Source: Octopus bimaculoides (lineage: Eukaryota). From it: a stretch of DNA of 64,000 nucleotides. Under the pieces are notes generated by a model, which was not told where the DNA came from, made no database searches, and saw nothing but the letters and a program-made list of their open reading frames with translations. Below, piece by piece: positions 43,601 to 53,863 of the stretch. Where the stretch lies: NCBI RefSeq assembly GCF_001194135.2, contig NC_068990.1, positions 88,037,504-88,101,503 of the forward strand, in the 5' to 3' direction. How positions within the stretch are numbered: the first letter of the stretch is position 1; the number at the start of each line of letters is the position of its first letter. The position numbers were made by a program, and so were the translations under genes.

Positions 43601-46600
43601 GTGGGCATTGAAGAAAAGTGGGGCAATGAGTAGTAATTCATAACAAAATAAAGGGTTAGCTTAAGTTTTACTTGTGAAATACAGTTGCTTTGAATTTGCT
43701 TCAGAAAGCAGTCTATGTTTGTAATGGTTAGTTAGGGTGAGGGTGCTAGGAATGTCACCTGGACGTCAAGGGGGCAACAGCCCAAAAATACCTGGGAACC
43801 ACTCATGTAGAGCATGTGTAAGGATTTACACCATTTCATTCGTCTAATAGACCACCTATCTTTATAGGTGGTTGGTTATCACTTATCTTATTAAGTNNNN
43901 NNNNNNNNNNNNNNNNNNNNNNNNNNNNNNNNNNNNNNNNNNNNNNNNNNNNNNNNNNNNNNNNNNNNNNNNNNNNNNNNNNNNNNNNNNNNNNNNGGTT
44001 AAGTTTTATTTGTGAAATACAGTTACTTTGAATTTGCTTCAGAAAGCAGTCTATATTTGTGATGGTTAGTCAGCCTGGGCTTCAAGGGGGCAGCAGCCCA
44101 AAAATACCTGGGAACCACTCATGTAGAGCATGTGTAAGGATTTACACCACTTCATTCCTCTGATAGACCACCTATCTTTATAGGTGGTTGGTTATCACTT
44201 ATCTTATTAAGTTCATTTGTAATCTCTTACTACCCATTACAGTTGAAAAGATTTGAGCAATGCACTGCCCAGTTCAAGAATTGAACCCATGACTTTACCC
44301 AGAGTCAAACATCCATAGACAATGACCTTTCACATACTCAACTACATAACAAGTTAATACTCACGCTACAGGTTTCTTCGCAGCACTGAAAAATTAAAAT
44401 AACAGCATATTAAACACTTATATTGATCAACAGTTCAATTAAGTGATTTCCAATATTATATAAATATGAAAACTATCTGAAGAATTTACTGTCTCAAATT
44501 ACTAAAATATACTGCTTTCATAATTGTCATTAAATGTCTGGTTTCCATGCTGGCATGGGTTAGACTGACTGAAAACTAGTAAGCCTGGTTCCAATCTTAT
44601 TTAGCATGGTTTCTACGTCTGGATGCCCCTCCTTACACGATTGTTAAAACAATGATATTGCCTTTAAACATGTAGAGCATGTGTAAGGTGTTATACCACT
44701 TCATTCTTCTAACTGACCACCTACTCTTATAGGTGGTTCGTTATCACTTATCCAATTAAGTTTATTAATTTCTTACTTTTATATGCTTATCATTAAAACT
44801 TGGCATATATATGAATGTTACTGTTTAATTTATGTCAACATAATTTTAATACAAATACTATTTTAATTATAAAAAAAATATTTACCCTTTATCAGCCACC
44901 TTCTTCCTAAAAAGAAAAAAACAAAAACAATTAGTTTGAAATTGAAGAGACAAAAATTCTAGTTAGCTTTAAATTCATTGCAATACAACACATTTTTAAA
45001 CTATCCCTTTTCCACAATAACTAAGAAATTAACCATTACAAAATGAAAAATATTTAATCCTTTAGCAACCAGCCAAAATATTTGACCCATTTTATATTCA
45101 AACTGACTAGATCCAACCTTTCCACCATACCCTACAATGCCATTCTAAGAATAAAAAACTGTCACACCATGCATTATCTCAAAGCTATGAGATAATGCAT
45201 GGTTAATACAAAGCAGTGATTAAAATAAGCATTACATTTTAACAATCTGAATGCTAATGGATTAAATCTGAAATTTTATTAGAATACTGAAAACACTTGT
45301 TTACAGTACCATATACTAACCAGATTAACACAGTTGGTATAACAAAATTTCAATGTAAATTTTATTAAATCATTGATCAAACATATTTTCATTAGGTAAA
45401 CGCTTATATATAATCTGACATTGATGTACCAAATTTTATGTTCTCTTGGAATTAGGCCATTTCTATTACATTCTAGTCTTTTTTTAAAAATTACATGAAC
45501 TTCAGATTTAGGAAAAGCAACTTAATTAGAAAGATTTCCAAAGGAAGTAGCTACAGTGAGACAAAGAAGAAGTATAATCCATAGCAGAGTTTTAACAAAA
45601 TGTGAATAGAATTTGAATAGCTGTACTAAAAGCAATAATAAATTGATTCTAATAAGTAAATAGAGTGAAAATATTTTCCCTATTTTATATTTGTCCTGGT
45701 TTAATATATATGGTAATATTTAGAGTAGCTTGCAGAACCTGTCAGTTGTACTCCAGATATCACTTGAAAATAATAAACTGTTTTCTATGAAAGTAGCTTA
45801 GAAAATTCATTAAAACACATTATAGTTAAAAAGTGTACTAACAAAAAAGTAAAAACTTATATTGAATATTTTAATACATTATATATAACAAAATAATACT
45901 CACTCTGCAGGTTTCTTTGCATCTCTGAAAAATTTAAATTATATCATATGAAAAGTGGTTTTCAATATTAATAATATAGGCAAATTGAAATAAAAAGATA
46001 AGTGCTTAAATAACTAAATATTAAAGCGTAGTGGTTTGATTACATTCATAGCAAAAGTGTATAAACTGATTTTCTGTTTCAGAATTATAGTTACAAGCTG
46101 ACTTTCTTCACTCTTGGAAGATGTTTCATACCAAAAAATGTTCATTGCCCATTCAATTCAATCTATTGATACTGTTAATTCTTTTCATATTATGAAACAC
46201 AATGTCTAATTGTTTGCTGTTAATCAAAATAATCTGCAGTTGTCTACCCAGCTATGTGGCATTATTTCTACAAACTTTATTACTATAACATTGATTTAGC
46301 ACTTTCGATGATAAACTATAATGAAAAATAGAAAAATACTTAGGAAGATTTTAGTTTGAAACACCAAGACTAACAAAAGCAAGGCAGTTGCTTCTAATCA
46401 GCCCTCAATAGATACTGTTGGCAGAAACAGTCAAACAATATTAGATACTTGTTTGAGGTCAAAAGAAGACTACATAATCTTAAATAAGCAATACTCACTT
46501 GCAATTTAGAAATTTCATAATTTTTCACAGCAAGAAACCCAATGAAACAGCATAAACAATTAAACCTTACACCTATAAGCTCTCTCTGGTATGCAAATAC

Positions 46601-49600
46601 TAAAATTTGTTTTAATGATTTAAAACAATGTCAACAAAACAATCAGCTGAGAAAGAAAAACATTTCCATCTCCAACAAAATACATAGTTCAATTAACTTT
46701 ATACTCACGGCTTCTTTGCTACTTCTTTCTTCCTACAAAAATAAGAAAAAAAAATGTTTAATCATCTACATTTTACTATTACGAGTGTAAAACAAGACGG
46801 CTATGCTGAAATATTCATCAGAAAGATTAGAAAGACAACAAAAGTCCCACAAGGTACATAGTTCAAAACTTTTGTTGAAAAATTATGGTTAGCATGACAG
46901 CAACTCCAAAACACTTAGACAAAAAATAAATTTAAAAATCATATTTCAGTTATCTCTCATCTCTATATGTATTCACCTCTTCAGCAAGACACTTGCCAAT
47001 TTCATATCCCTCAGTACCATAGCAAACTTAGTTGGCAGATCTTGTCTTAAAGGTATTTGATGACCTCACCAGTGCTGGTGCCACACACACACACACACAC
47101 ACAAGCACCCAGCAAACTCTTAAGTGGCTGGCACTAGGAAGGGCATCCAGCTGTAAAAAAAATTAAAAAGCATGCTACAGTAGACACTGGAGCTCAATGC
47201 AGCCCTCTGGCCCATCAGTTCATGTTGAACCGTACAACCCAAACCAATATGGATTATACAGTTCAACATGAACCAGACATCTATTACTGAAGAGATGGGA
47301 CATGTTGAAATCACGTGATCAGGCAGTTACAGCATCCATAGCTGACGATTCTTATCTGCCAGTACTATGCGTGTGCTTATATACACATTGCATCCACAGG
47401 AGGTCCTCGAGTTAGATAAAATGCAATATTTGGCACTAACAATATCCACATTAAGTTGGATATAGATTGCTTTTATATATATATATATATAGCAAAAAAG
47501 AGACACTGAGAGTGAATTAAGCAGACATGATGTGATAGTGAAATGTCTGACAAAAGCAATTCTGCCATAGACAGCATCTATGTCGGTTTCAATCTACTTA
47601 TAACACATGACAGCCAAAGCATCACACTTTAAACAGCTTGGTTCAAGAGCCACATATACAACTCATAGTGTCCAGAAATATTTTCTAGTGAATTATGATT
47701 GCATGATATTAAGACCATCTTTTTAAAAAATTAAAACAAATTGCTATTACTAAGACCTTGTTACAAACAAAGGTGACAAAACTACTTACTTCTCCACTTT
47801 CTTTGGCCTAGAAAAGAAGAAAATATTTTTGTTAGTTACATGATATATTTACAAACATTAGATGGGATTATATTTAATTTACAATAAATTATTTCAATTA
47901 TTTAAGGCAAACACAAGTAAAACGCTAATTTTTTTCACTTTAATGTTTTTGTCTGTATTTAATTTCAATTTGCATAGGTTCTTCAATTCGCTACAATATC
48001 TTTAAAGTAAACAAAATCAAAAATTTTAATTGGTGGCGGGGGAGAAGAGGTGGGGGGATTAAAATTTTTTTTGCATGTTTGTAATCTCCAACATCTAAAA
48101 TGTAGGAATCTGAAAAATTCTTTTTTTTTTAAATGCATTTTCCAAGGAGAGGTACGAAACTGCATTAGCCCCAAATATAATATTATTTAACAATGTCTTA
48201 TGAACACAAAATAGATACTTACGCTTCAGCCTTTTTTGGAGTCCTGAAAAATTAAAATACATAAATGATTTATATAAATGAACATGTCAATTTTTTTTAC
48301 AAAATTACATTTCTTACTGAAAAAGACTAAGCTATGCTGCCATCATATCACAGCAGTATTATAAAAGGTGAACTGTTTTTGCTATTCAAAGCTACATGTC
48401 AGCGGCAAAGATATGTGTGTGTGTGTGTGTGTATGTATGNNNNNNNNNNNNNNNNNNNNNNNNNNNNNNNNNNNNNNNNNNNNNNNNNNNNNNNNNNNNN
48501 NNNNNNNNNNNNNNNNNNNNNNNNNNNNNNNNNNNNNNNNNNNNNNNNNNNNNNNNNNNNNNNNNNNNNNNNNNNNNNNNNNNNNNNNNNNNNNNNNNNN
48601 NNNNNNNNNNNNNNNNNNNNNNNNNNNNNNNNNTGCCATGATTTAGTTCTTGACAAAAGAGGGGTGTTTGTTGACTGTGACATCTACTGAAGGTTACAGA
48701 TTATTTACAAAAACACCATTGACAAGAACAATGTGTACAGATGGATGAAAATGTGACATCATCATCATCGTCGTCGTTTAACGTCCGCTTTCCATGCTAG
48801 CATGGGTTGGACGATTTGACTGAGGACTGGTGGACCAGGAGGCAACACCATGCTCCAATCTGATTTGGCAGAGTTTCTACAGCTGGATGCCCTTCCTAAT
48901 GCCAACCACTCCGAGAGTGTAGTAGGTGCTTTTACGTGCCACCGGCACGAGGGCCAGTCAGGCGGTACTGGCGACGGCCACGCTCGAAATGGTGTAACTT
49001 TTACACAAATCACTAATAAGTGGGTGGATTGAATTAGACATATGAGTGGCAATCTCTGAGTTTGCTGCACAACTAGATTGTGGTCACAATGCATTATAAA
49101 AGATGGGAGTCTGAGGAATCACATTAACTCTTGATTTGAAGGAAAGAAGGGTGGTTTGCTCTGATGCAAGCATTTGAAGATTATGAAAACATTTTTCCTA
49201 ATTTAGTGACAAGGGATGAAACGTAGCCATATTTCATGATCCAGAACTGAAGGCTTAGTTCATGGTATAGTGACAGTCCTTCTCCAAAACCTGAAACATT
49301 CAAGAACCAGCAACCATCACAGAATGGGATGACAAAGGCCTCATTTTCCTTGCACCAGGAATAACAAGTAGTACATTGGGACACTCAAAAAGCTTAAAAG
49401 TCATAATAAGGAAGATATCCAGTAAGAATCTGAATTCACCATGACAATGTGCAAGCAGACAAGCAACAAACCAGACAATCAGTGAATTAGGCTGATCAAT
49501 GGCCCTTCATTAAGATCCGACACCCTCCTCAAACTTCCACCTATTTGATCGATTGATAGGCAGACCCCAGGTTTACAAAATGACCGCAAAAGGTACAACA

Positions 49601-51178
49601 GTGAGCAGCTCATTTTTTCAAAGATGATTCAAGTGTTAGGTCCAACGATAGTGCAGATGCATTGCCTGTGATAGAGGCTATCAGTAGTATCTTTACATAG
49701 AAGAGTTATTCTACTAACATGTGCAATTTGAATGACCAATACCAATAAGTCATCTTCTGCATTATTTTTGTCAGAATCCATGTGAAAACTTAAACAGGAT
49801 ATTAACAATATACGAATTTATTACACATACCGATAAAAAAGAAATAATTTCGTTGAAATCAGACCAAACCAGAGTGAAAAAATGTCCTAATCTATTAAGA
49901 TCTTGCTTTTAGTGTTATTTTTTTAATTATAAATGGTCGGGTACTGATATTCGCAGAGTTCAATACAATCTATCAACATATATCCACATTGATCACACTA
50001 TGACAAATTCAAAATATAATGCTTTTAACCAATTTACAAACGATTGATTTTGTTAGGGTAATGGGTACCGATAAATACATCTTAATATTGGTGACTAATT
50101 TTCAATATCAGTTATTGATATTATAAAGAACCCCTATACAAAAAAAAATCTCTATATAGTCTAAGGATGTTATAACATAATTTCCATAGAAGTTTCAAAC
50201 ACCAAGCACTCCATAAGAGTACTAAAGTAACATTCGACAGAACTCAACTAAATCAACAGAAGCAGGGCGCCAAGAATTTCAAGACTGATGTGTACAAAGT
50301 GATCAATCTTCTTGCATCTAGCTTCTAAAATCTAATTGTTGAATGGAAAATTCTACCCATCTTATAAACCACTGGTGGCAAAGAATACGTACAACACCCG
50401 TTTTCGGCCTAACAAAAACCCTAAACACTGGGTGTGCGTATTTTTTACTTTCACCAGTTTCAACACACAACACCGAAATAAAGCTGAACAGTTGCTCCAT
50501 CACCAGTAACACTGAGCAGCGATAAATCATAAACATTTGAGGTATTTAATGTTCAGAATATTAAGTCAAGTAGGACATGTAAAACAATAATTCTGTTTGA
50601 AAATTAAGGTGTCGCCTTTAACAATCGGGACAGCCTGTGCAGAACAAATATTTCTGATTCAAAGAACGTGTCCAGGACAACCAATATTCCATATGCCCAT
50701 CCCTTCGAATAATGAAGGTGCCTACTACTTCTAGCAGTTCGAATGATCAGAGAGAGAAGACACGTTAAATGATTGTTCCATCCCTTGAAGAGAAACTTCT
50801 CTCGGAGTATAACAGCTACATGTCTATACACAGAACCACTAAAGTCCATGACACTCAAGTACACTGAATATAAGATTTACAAAACTGGTTTATGTTATTG
50901 ATCAACTTTAAATGTCTTTTTAATAATCCTCAAAAAAATAACGCACTTCTTATTCTGCTCGTGCTTCTGGATGTATTTCAGTGCCACATAAACATTATTC
51001 AGTAATTCTGATTCATTTGATTAAAATGTTTTACGTTATAGATTTCGCATGCAAGTATTTTTAAAAGGTTGCCAATATTTAAGTGTGGATGCCACAAAAA
51101 GATAAACTGATGCTGGGAAATTATACAAAGTTGATGTATTTAATGTATGAACTTAAAATATACTCACTCTACAACCAT
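34412..51178 (-). CDS. RPL7: 60S ribosomal protein L7 (uL30), whole spliced CDS span; 18 coding exons, 990 nt, 329 aa in this model
   Basis: The exons join in frame with GT-AG boundaries. Core peptides [70 protein letters not shown] and NFLWPFKL...GGDFGNRE are diagnostic of uL30. Confidence 0.95.
35145..35254 (-). CDS. RPL7: RPL7 exon [36 protein letters not shown]
   Basis: 110 nt, ttgttag acceptor / gtaagt donor, phases 2 to 1. Confidence 0.97.
35901..36038 (-). CDS. RPL7: RPL7 exon [45 protein letters not shown]
   Basis: 138 nt, ttttccag acceptor / gtaagc donor. Confidence 0.97.
36715..37080 (-). mobile_element. Degenerate RTE LINE 3' fragment in an RPL7 intron
   Basis: Similar to the 20963-21178 fragment (GRPRKTW-type coding) and upstream ETWALNAED...RLERNE, with stops. 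Confidence 0.7.
37207..37373 (-). CDS. RPL7: RPL7 exon [20 protein letters not shown]...KLAFVIRIR
   Basis: 167 nt, ctttcacttcag acceptor / gtatgt donor. Confidence 0.96.
37763..37865 (-). CDS. RPL7: RPL7 exon [34 protein letters not shown]
   Basis: 103 nt, tttctttccag acceptor / gtaggt donor; starts in phase 2. Confidence 0.95.
38007..38027 (-). CDS. RPL7: RPL7 micro-exon, 21 nt (xAGKKTDG)
   Basis: ttttaatttttcag|TGCTGGGAAAAAAACTGATGG|gtaagt. Confidence 0.88.
38668..38801 (+). repeat. Perfect 67-bp tandem duplication inside a SINE relic
   Basis: TGCTCCTGCCCACGCAACAG...GTGGGAATC twice (38668, 38735). Confidence 0.9.
39350..39370 (-). CDS. RPL7: RPL7 micro-exon, 21 nt (xAAKKTGD)
   Basis: ttttaatttttcag|GGCTGCAAAGAAAACTGGAGA|gtgagt. 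Confidence 0.86.
40176..40196 (-). CDS. RPL7: RPL7 micro-exon, 21 nt (xVAKKTRV)
   Basis: ttttaatttttcag|TGTTGCCAAGAAAACTCGAGT|gtgagt. Confidence 0.82.
40949..40969 (-). CDS. RPL7: RPL7 micro-exon, 21 nt (xPLKKTRT)
   Basis: tttttattttgcag|TCCTTTGAAGAAAACTAGAAC|gtgagt. Confidence 0.78.
41041..41252. mobile_element. Mariner-derived MITE (second copy 42101-42481 carries a nested SINE piece 42193-42355 with ATTTAC duplication)
   Basis: TIR TATTGGGTTGGTGCATAATTATTGCGG resembles mariner TIRs; TA flanks. Confidence 0.8.
41484..41762 (+). mobile_element. hAT-type MITE with 8-bp TSD (further copies 42705-42968, 43544-43804; partial copies ending near 40702 and 44120)
   Basis: Termini C(T/A)GTGGTTCCCA / TGGGAACCACTG flanked by ATGTAGAG on both sides. 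Confidence 0.85.
42010..42030 (-). CDS. RPL7: RPL7 micro-exon, 21 nt (xPVKKTRT)
   Basis: ttttaatttttcag|TCCTGTGAAGAAAACTAGAAC|gtgagt. Confidence 0.8.
43217..43237 (-). CDS. RPL7: RPL7 micro-exon, 21 nt (xDAKKPVA)
   Basis: ttttaatttttcag|TGATGCGAAGAAACCTGTAGC|gtgagt. Confidence 0.82.
44365..44385 (-). CDS. RPL7: RPL7 micro-exon, 21 nt (xAAKKPVA)
   Basis: ttttaatttttcag|TGCTGCGAAGAAACCTGTAGC|gtgagt. Confidence 0.82.
44886..44906 (-). CDS. RPL7: RPL7 micro-exon, 21 nt (xKKVADKG)
   Basis: gttttttctttttag|GAAGAAGGTGGCTGATAAAGG|gtaaat; weaker donor than the others. Confidence 0.72.
45904..45924 (-). CDS. RPL7: RPL7 micro-exon, 21 nt (xDAKKPAE)
   Basis: tttaaatttttcag|AGATGCAAAGAAACCTGCAGA|gtgagt. 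Confidence 0.85.
46709..46732 (-). CDS. RPL7: RPL7 micro-exon, 24 nt (xKKEVAKKP)
   Basis: cttatttttgtag|GAAGAAAGAAGTAGCAAAGAAGCC|gtgagt. Confidence 0.83.
47790..47807 (-). CDS. RPL7: RPL7 micro-exon, 18 nt (xPKKVEK)
   Basis: tcttcttttctag|GCCAAAGAAAGTGGAGAA|gtaagt. Confidence 0.83.
48223..48243 (-). CDS. RPL7: RPL7 micro-exon, 21 nt (xTPKKAEA)
   Basis: ttttaatttttcag|GACTCCAAAAAAGGCTGAAGC|gtaagt. Confidence 0.86.
49140..49720 (+). mobile_element. Heavily decayed mariner transposase in an RPL7 intron (antisense to host)
   Basis: Fragments across frames: LVTRDET* (IVTGDETW), [24 protein letters not shown]; many stops and frameshifts. Confidence 0.7.
51168..51178 (-). CDS. RPL7: RPL7 start-codon exon (17-nt exon 51168-51184; coding part MVV+GA)
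   Basis: ctattttcag|GACATC-ATG-GTT-GTA-GA|gtgagt; ends in phase 2, matching all downstream micro-exons. Confidence 0.82.
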
Positions 51179-51548
51179 GATGTCCTGAAAATAGGGAAAC
51201 ACAAAAAAATAATTAGTATACAAAATACATTAGATTTAGAAATTTAACTACAAAAAGAAGACAAAAAATAGCTGAACAAAATATAATTATTGCTTAAGAA
51301 CACGTGTTAAATGATCGTATCAAAAAATAAGGAAAATAAATCGGCCATGGAGTACGTTACCACGTTGTTGAGTAGAATGTAGATTTTAAACGGATAATCT
51401 ATGATTTACAAAGACATATAAATAATAATTACTATTAAATAATATTAAATGAATATATACGATACATTTGTTAATGTTTACGAAGGAATTTTACCTCTAC
51501 AAATGCCGATGATAAAAGATTTAAACGCGAGTAACAATATGTACTTAC

Positions 51549-51631
51549 AATTTAGCTGACAAGCAACACTAAAAAGGAAGTCACGCAGAGAATTCTTCCC
51601 GAATAGCACATCTGCGAAAAAACCCGGAAGT
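51549..51631 (-). promoter_or_regulatory. RPL7: RPL7 non-coding exon 1 with 5'-TOP/TCT start (CTTCCTTTTT at 51580-51571) and an upstream ETS/GABP-type site
   Basis: The pyrimidine run typical of ribosomal protein mRNA 5' ends lies 32 nt before a gtaagt donor (51543-51548). CCGGAAGT is at 51624-51631. Confidence 0.75.
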
Positions 51632-53805
51632 TGATCATTTCTTTTTAACATTTATTTCAGCAATAATCTTTTCAGTAGCAATGCTTTCTTATATCGCTTG
51701 TTTTTTTCTTTAATATTAATAAAATTATTTTGAACAATTTCTAAAATTAAATTAAAACAAAATTTTTTTTTTAAATGTGGCTTGAAATTATCTCCCTTTG
51801 TCCCTCATTCTAATTCAAATTTCTATAATAGGCGCACTTGCTACAAACCCTGAGAGCATGTGCTTGACCAGGTCGTTCGGAATCGACTTACTATGGGATA
51901 TGATCTCCGAAAGTAAAAAAAGCGTAAATAAACTGACATTCCTCCGCATGTGTACCCCTCCCCACGATTTTTGTTGCCTCATAACTTCCAGAAAAATTTA
52001 TATTTTTTAATGAAATTTCATCCAAATACGCTTCAGATGGGTAGATTCCGATTGTAACGGAATTTATTGTGAAAATATTTTTTCGAGGATGAGGTGAGGA
52101 GTTTCGGAAAATTCATACGAAGTTGGTTTTGTTTTCTCATAACTTTCAGAAAATTGGGTGTTTTTTTCGTTACGATCATATCGGAATTTAATATGAAGAA
52201 ATAAATTTGGTGAACTCGCATGTTGACAAAAAACATCATCTACATTCACATTAGCAGTTTGGAAAAGCCTGCAGATAATTTCTGAATACCATTTTTTTTT
52301 TCTCTTGCTCTCACTAAATAATAGTACTAATAGGAATTTTTAACAAAGCAAGAACTCTTATAGGTGCACACAATTAGTCAGCTATATTGACCAAGTACTT
52401 ACGGTAAATTTTGATCCTTTCACCCGCACGATTTTCACTCAGGAAAAAAAAAACTCGGATCTTATGTGTGGAATCAAGTACCCTAACCTCCTAATATGCT
52501 GCAAATCCCTTATTTTGGTTCGGAAAGGGTGGGGGGGCCGAAACCTCCCCCATATCCGGAAATCATTGGAAATTTTTTTTCTTTTTGTTGAATGAATTCC
52601 GGTGACCTCCTAATATGCTATAAAACACTTTTTGGGGTCCGGAAAACTGGATGGAGGGTGGTGGAACCCTCGGAAATTTCACCCCCAACCCCATTTTCAA
52701 ATATTTTTTGCTCTTTCTTTCTTTACCCATAATTTTAGATAAGATTTTGCAGAAATACGTTTTCGAGAGATTGTGGATTACATTAGATTGAAAATTCAAA
52801 GAAGTTAGAAATGAATAAGTGAAAATGCAGAGGTTATAGAAGATAGTGGTAACGAAGTGTGTGGAGAGATAACGAACAATAAATTTATCTAAAAAAAAAA
52901 ACACGTTAGAGTTTTGCATGTATGTGTGAAACGAAGTAAAAGTATAATATTAAAACAAAAATATATTTTTCCTTCCTCTTAAAATCACTGGATATAATAT
53001 ATATAATAATCTCAGATTGCAAAATAAATTTGAAAAAGCATTTTCCCTTTGCAATTTTTGGTGCCGAAATGAGTTTCGTTTTTGTGTGAAGAGAGGGGTG
53101 AGAGAAAGAGAGAGAGAGTGAGTGAGTGGGTGACGAGGTTTACCCAAACTTTGAATGATGATGGTGATGATGATGATGATCTATAATGATATATATAATT
53201 ATGAAATATTGTTACACCATTCTCTCTTCCCACACAAAAATGAAAATCATTTCATTACCACTACTACCACCTCCACCACCATCAATTGTCATCATCATCA
53301 TCATCATCATCATCATCGTCAACATCATCGTCATCATCATCATCGTCATCATCATCATCTTCATCATCATCGTCTTCGTCGTCATCGTTGTCATCCTCAT
53401 TATTATTGAAGCTGCAATCATTAACATGCTGGACAAAAATGGATAGCAACATTTTTCAGACTCTACCTTCAGAGTTTGAACTCCACCGAGGCCGACTTTG
53501 CCCTTCATCCTTCTGGAGTCGATAAAATAAGTATCCGTGTAGTGCTGGGTTTGATCTAATCAACTTCCCCCTCCCCTCAAAGCTGCTACTCTCTTGTATC
53601 TTTTTCAAAAAGATAGTATTTGTAATTAGATATTTCCATTGTTAATTAACTAAAATTGTATGGATATGGGCATAGGATTCTAGGTTCAGTCCTACTGTAT
53701 GACACCTCAGGTAAGTGCTTCTACTGTAACCCTAGTCTGCTGAAAGTCTCATAAGCAGATTTGATATATGGAACTGAATGTATGTGTGAGTATATATATA
53801 TACAT

Positions 53806-53863
<58 letters not shown>

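Larger units (their letters stand above)
40040..44780. repeat. Tandem array of at least 5-6 diverged ~0.5-1.2 kb exon+intron units
   Basis: The same intron blocks recur around micro-exons 40176, 40949, 42010, 43217 and 44365. Confidence 0.92.

Noticed and set aside
40040-44780. Repeat-spacer-like periodicity (CRISPR-like)
   Set aside because: Eukaryotic intron DNA with kilobase units, no cas genes; explained by exon duplication.
45131-45144. 14-nt AG...GT segment on the minus strand
   Set aside because: Not a multiple of 3, contains an in-frame TAG, and appears to be part of a repeat relic.
46493-46540. GTGAGT donor-like site on the minus strand inside the RPL7 micro-exon region
   Set aside because: No AG acceptor at a micro-exon distance and no KK-type coding.
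47522-47552. AGAC-ATGATGT...CTGA with a terminal stem, resembling a C/D box RNA
   Set aside because: Only ~30 nt long and on the strand opposite the host gene.
50260-50870. ORFs 50318-50536, 50343-50525 and 50604-50864 in an RPL7 intron
   Set aside because: No recognisable homology and no phase-compatible splice sites.
51860-52700. CpG-containing sequence with internal repeats (CTCATAACTT, ACCTCCTAATATGCT) next to the RPL7 promoter; related pieces near 48000-48175, 61815-61975 and 62860-62950
   Set aside because: Looks like a dispersed non-autonomous DNA element. I could not define termini or a TSD, and there is no evidence for a divergent gene.
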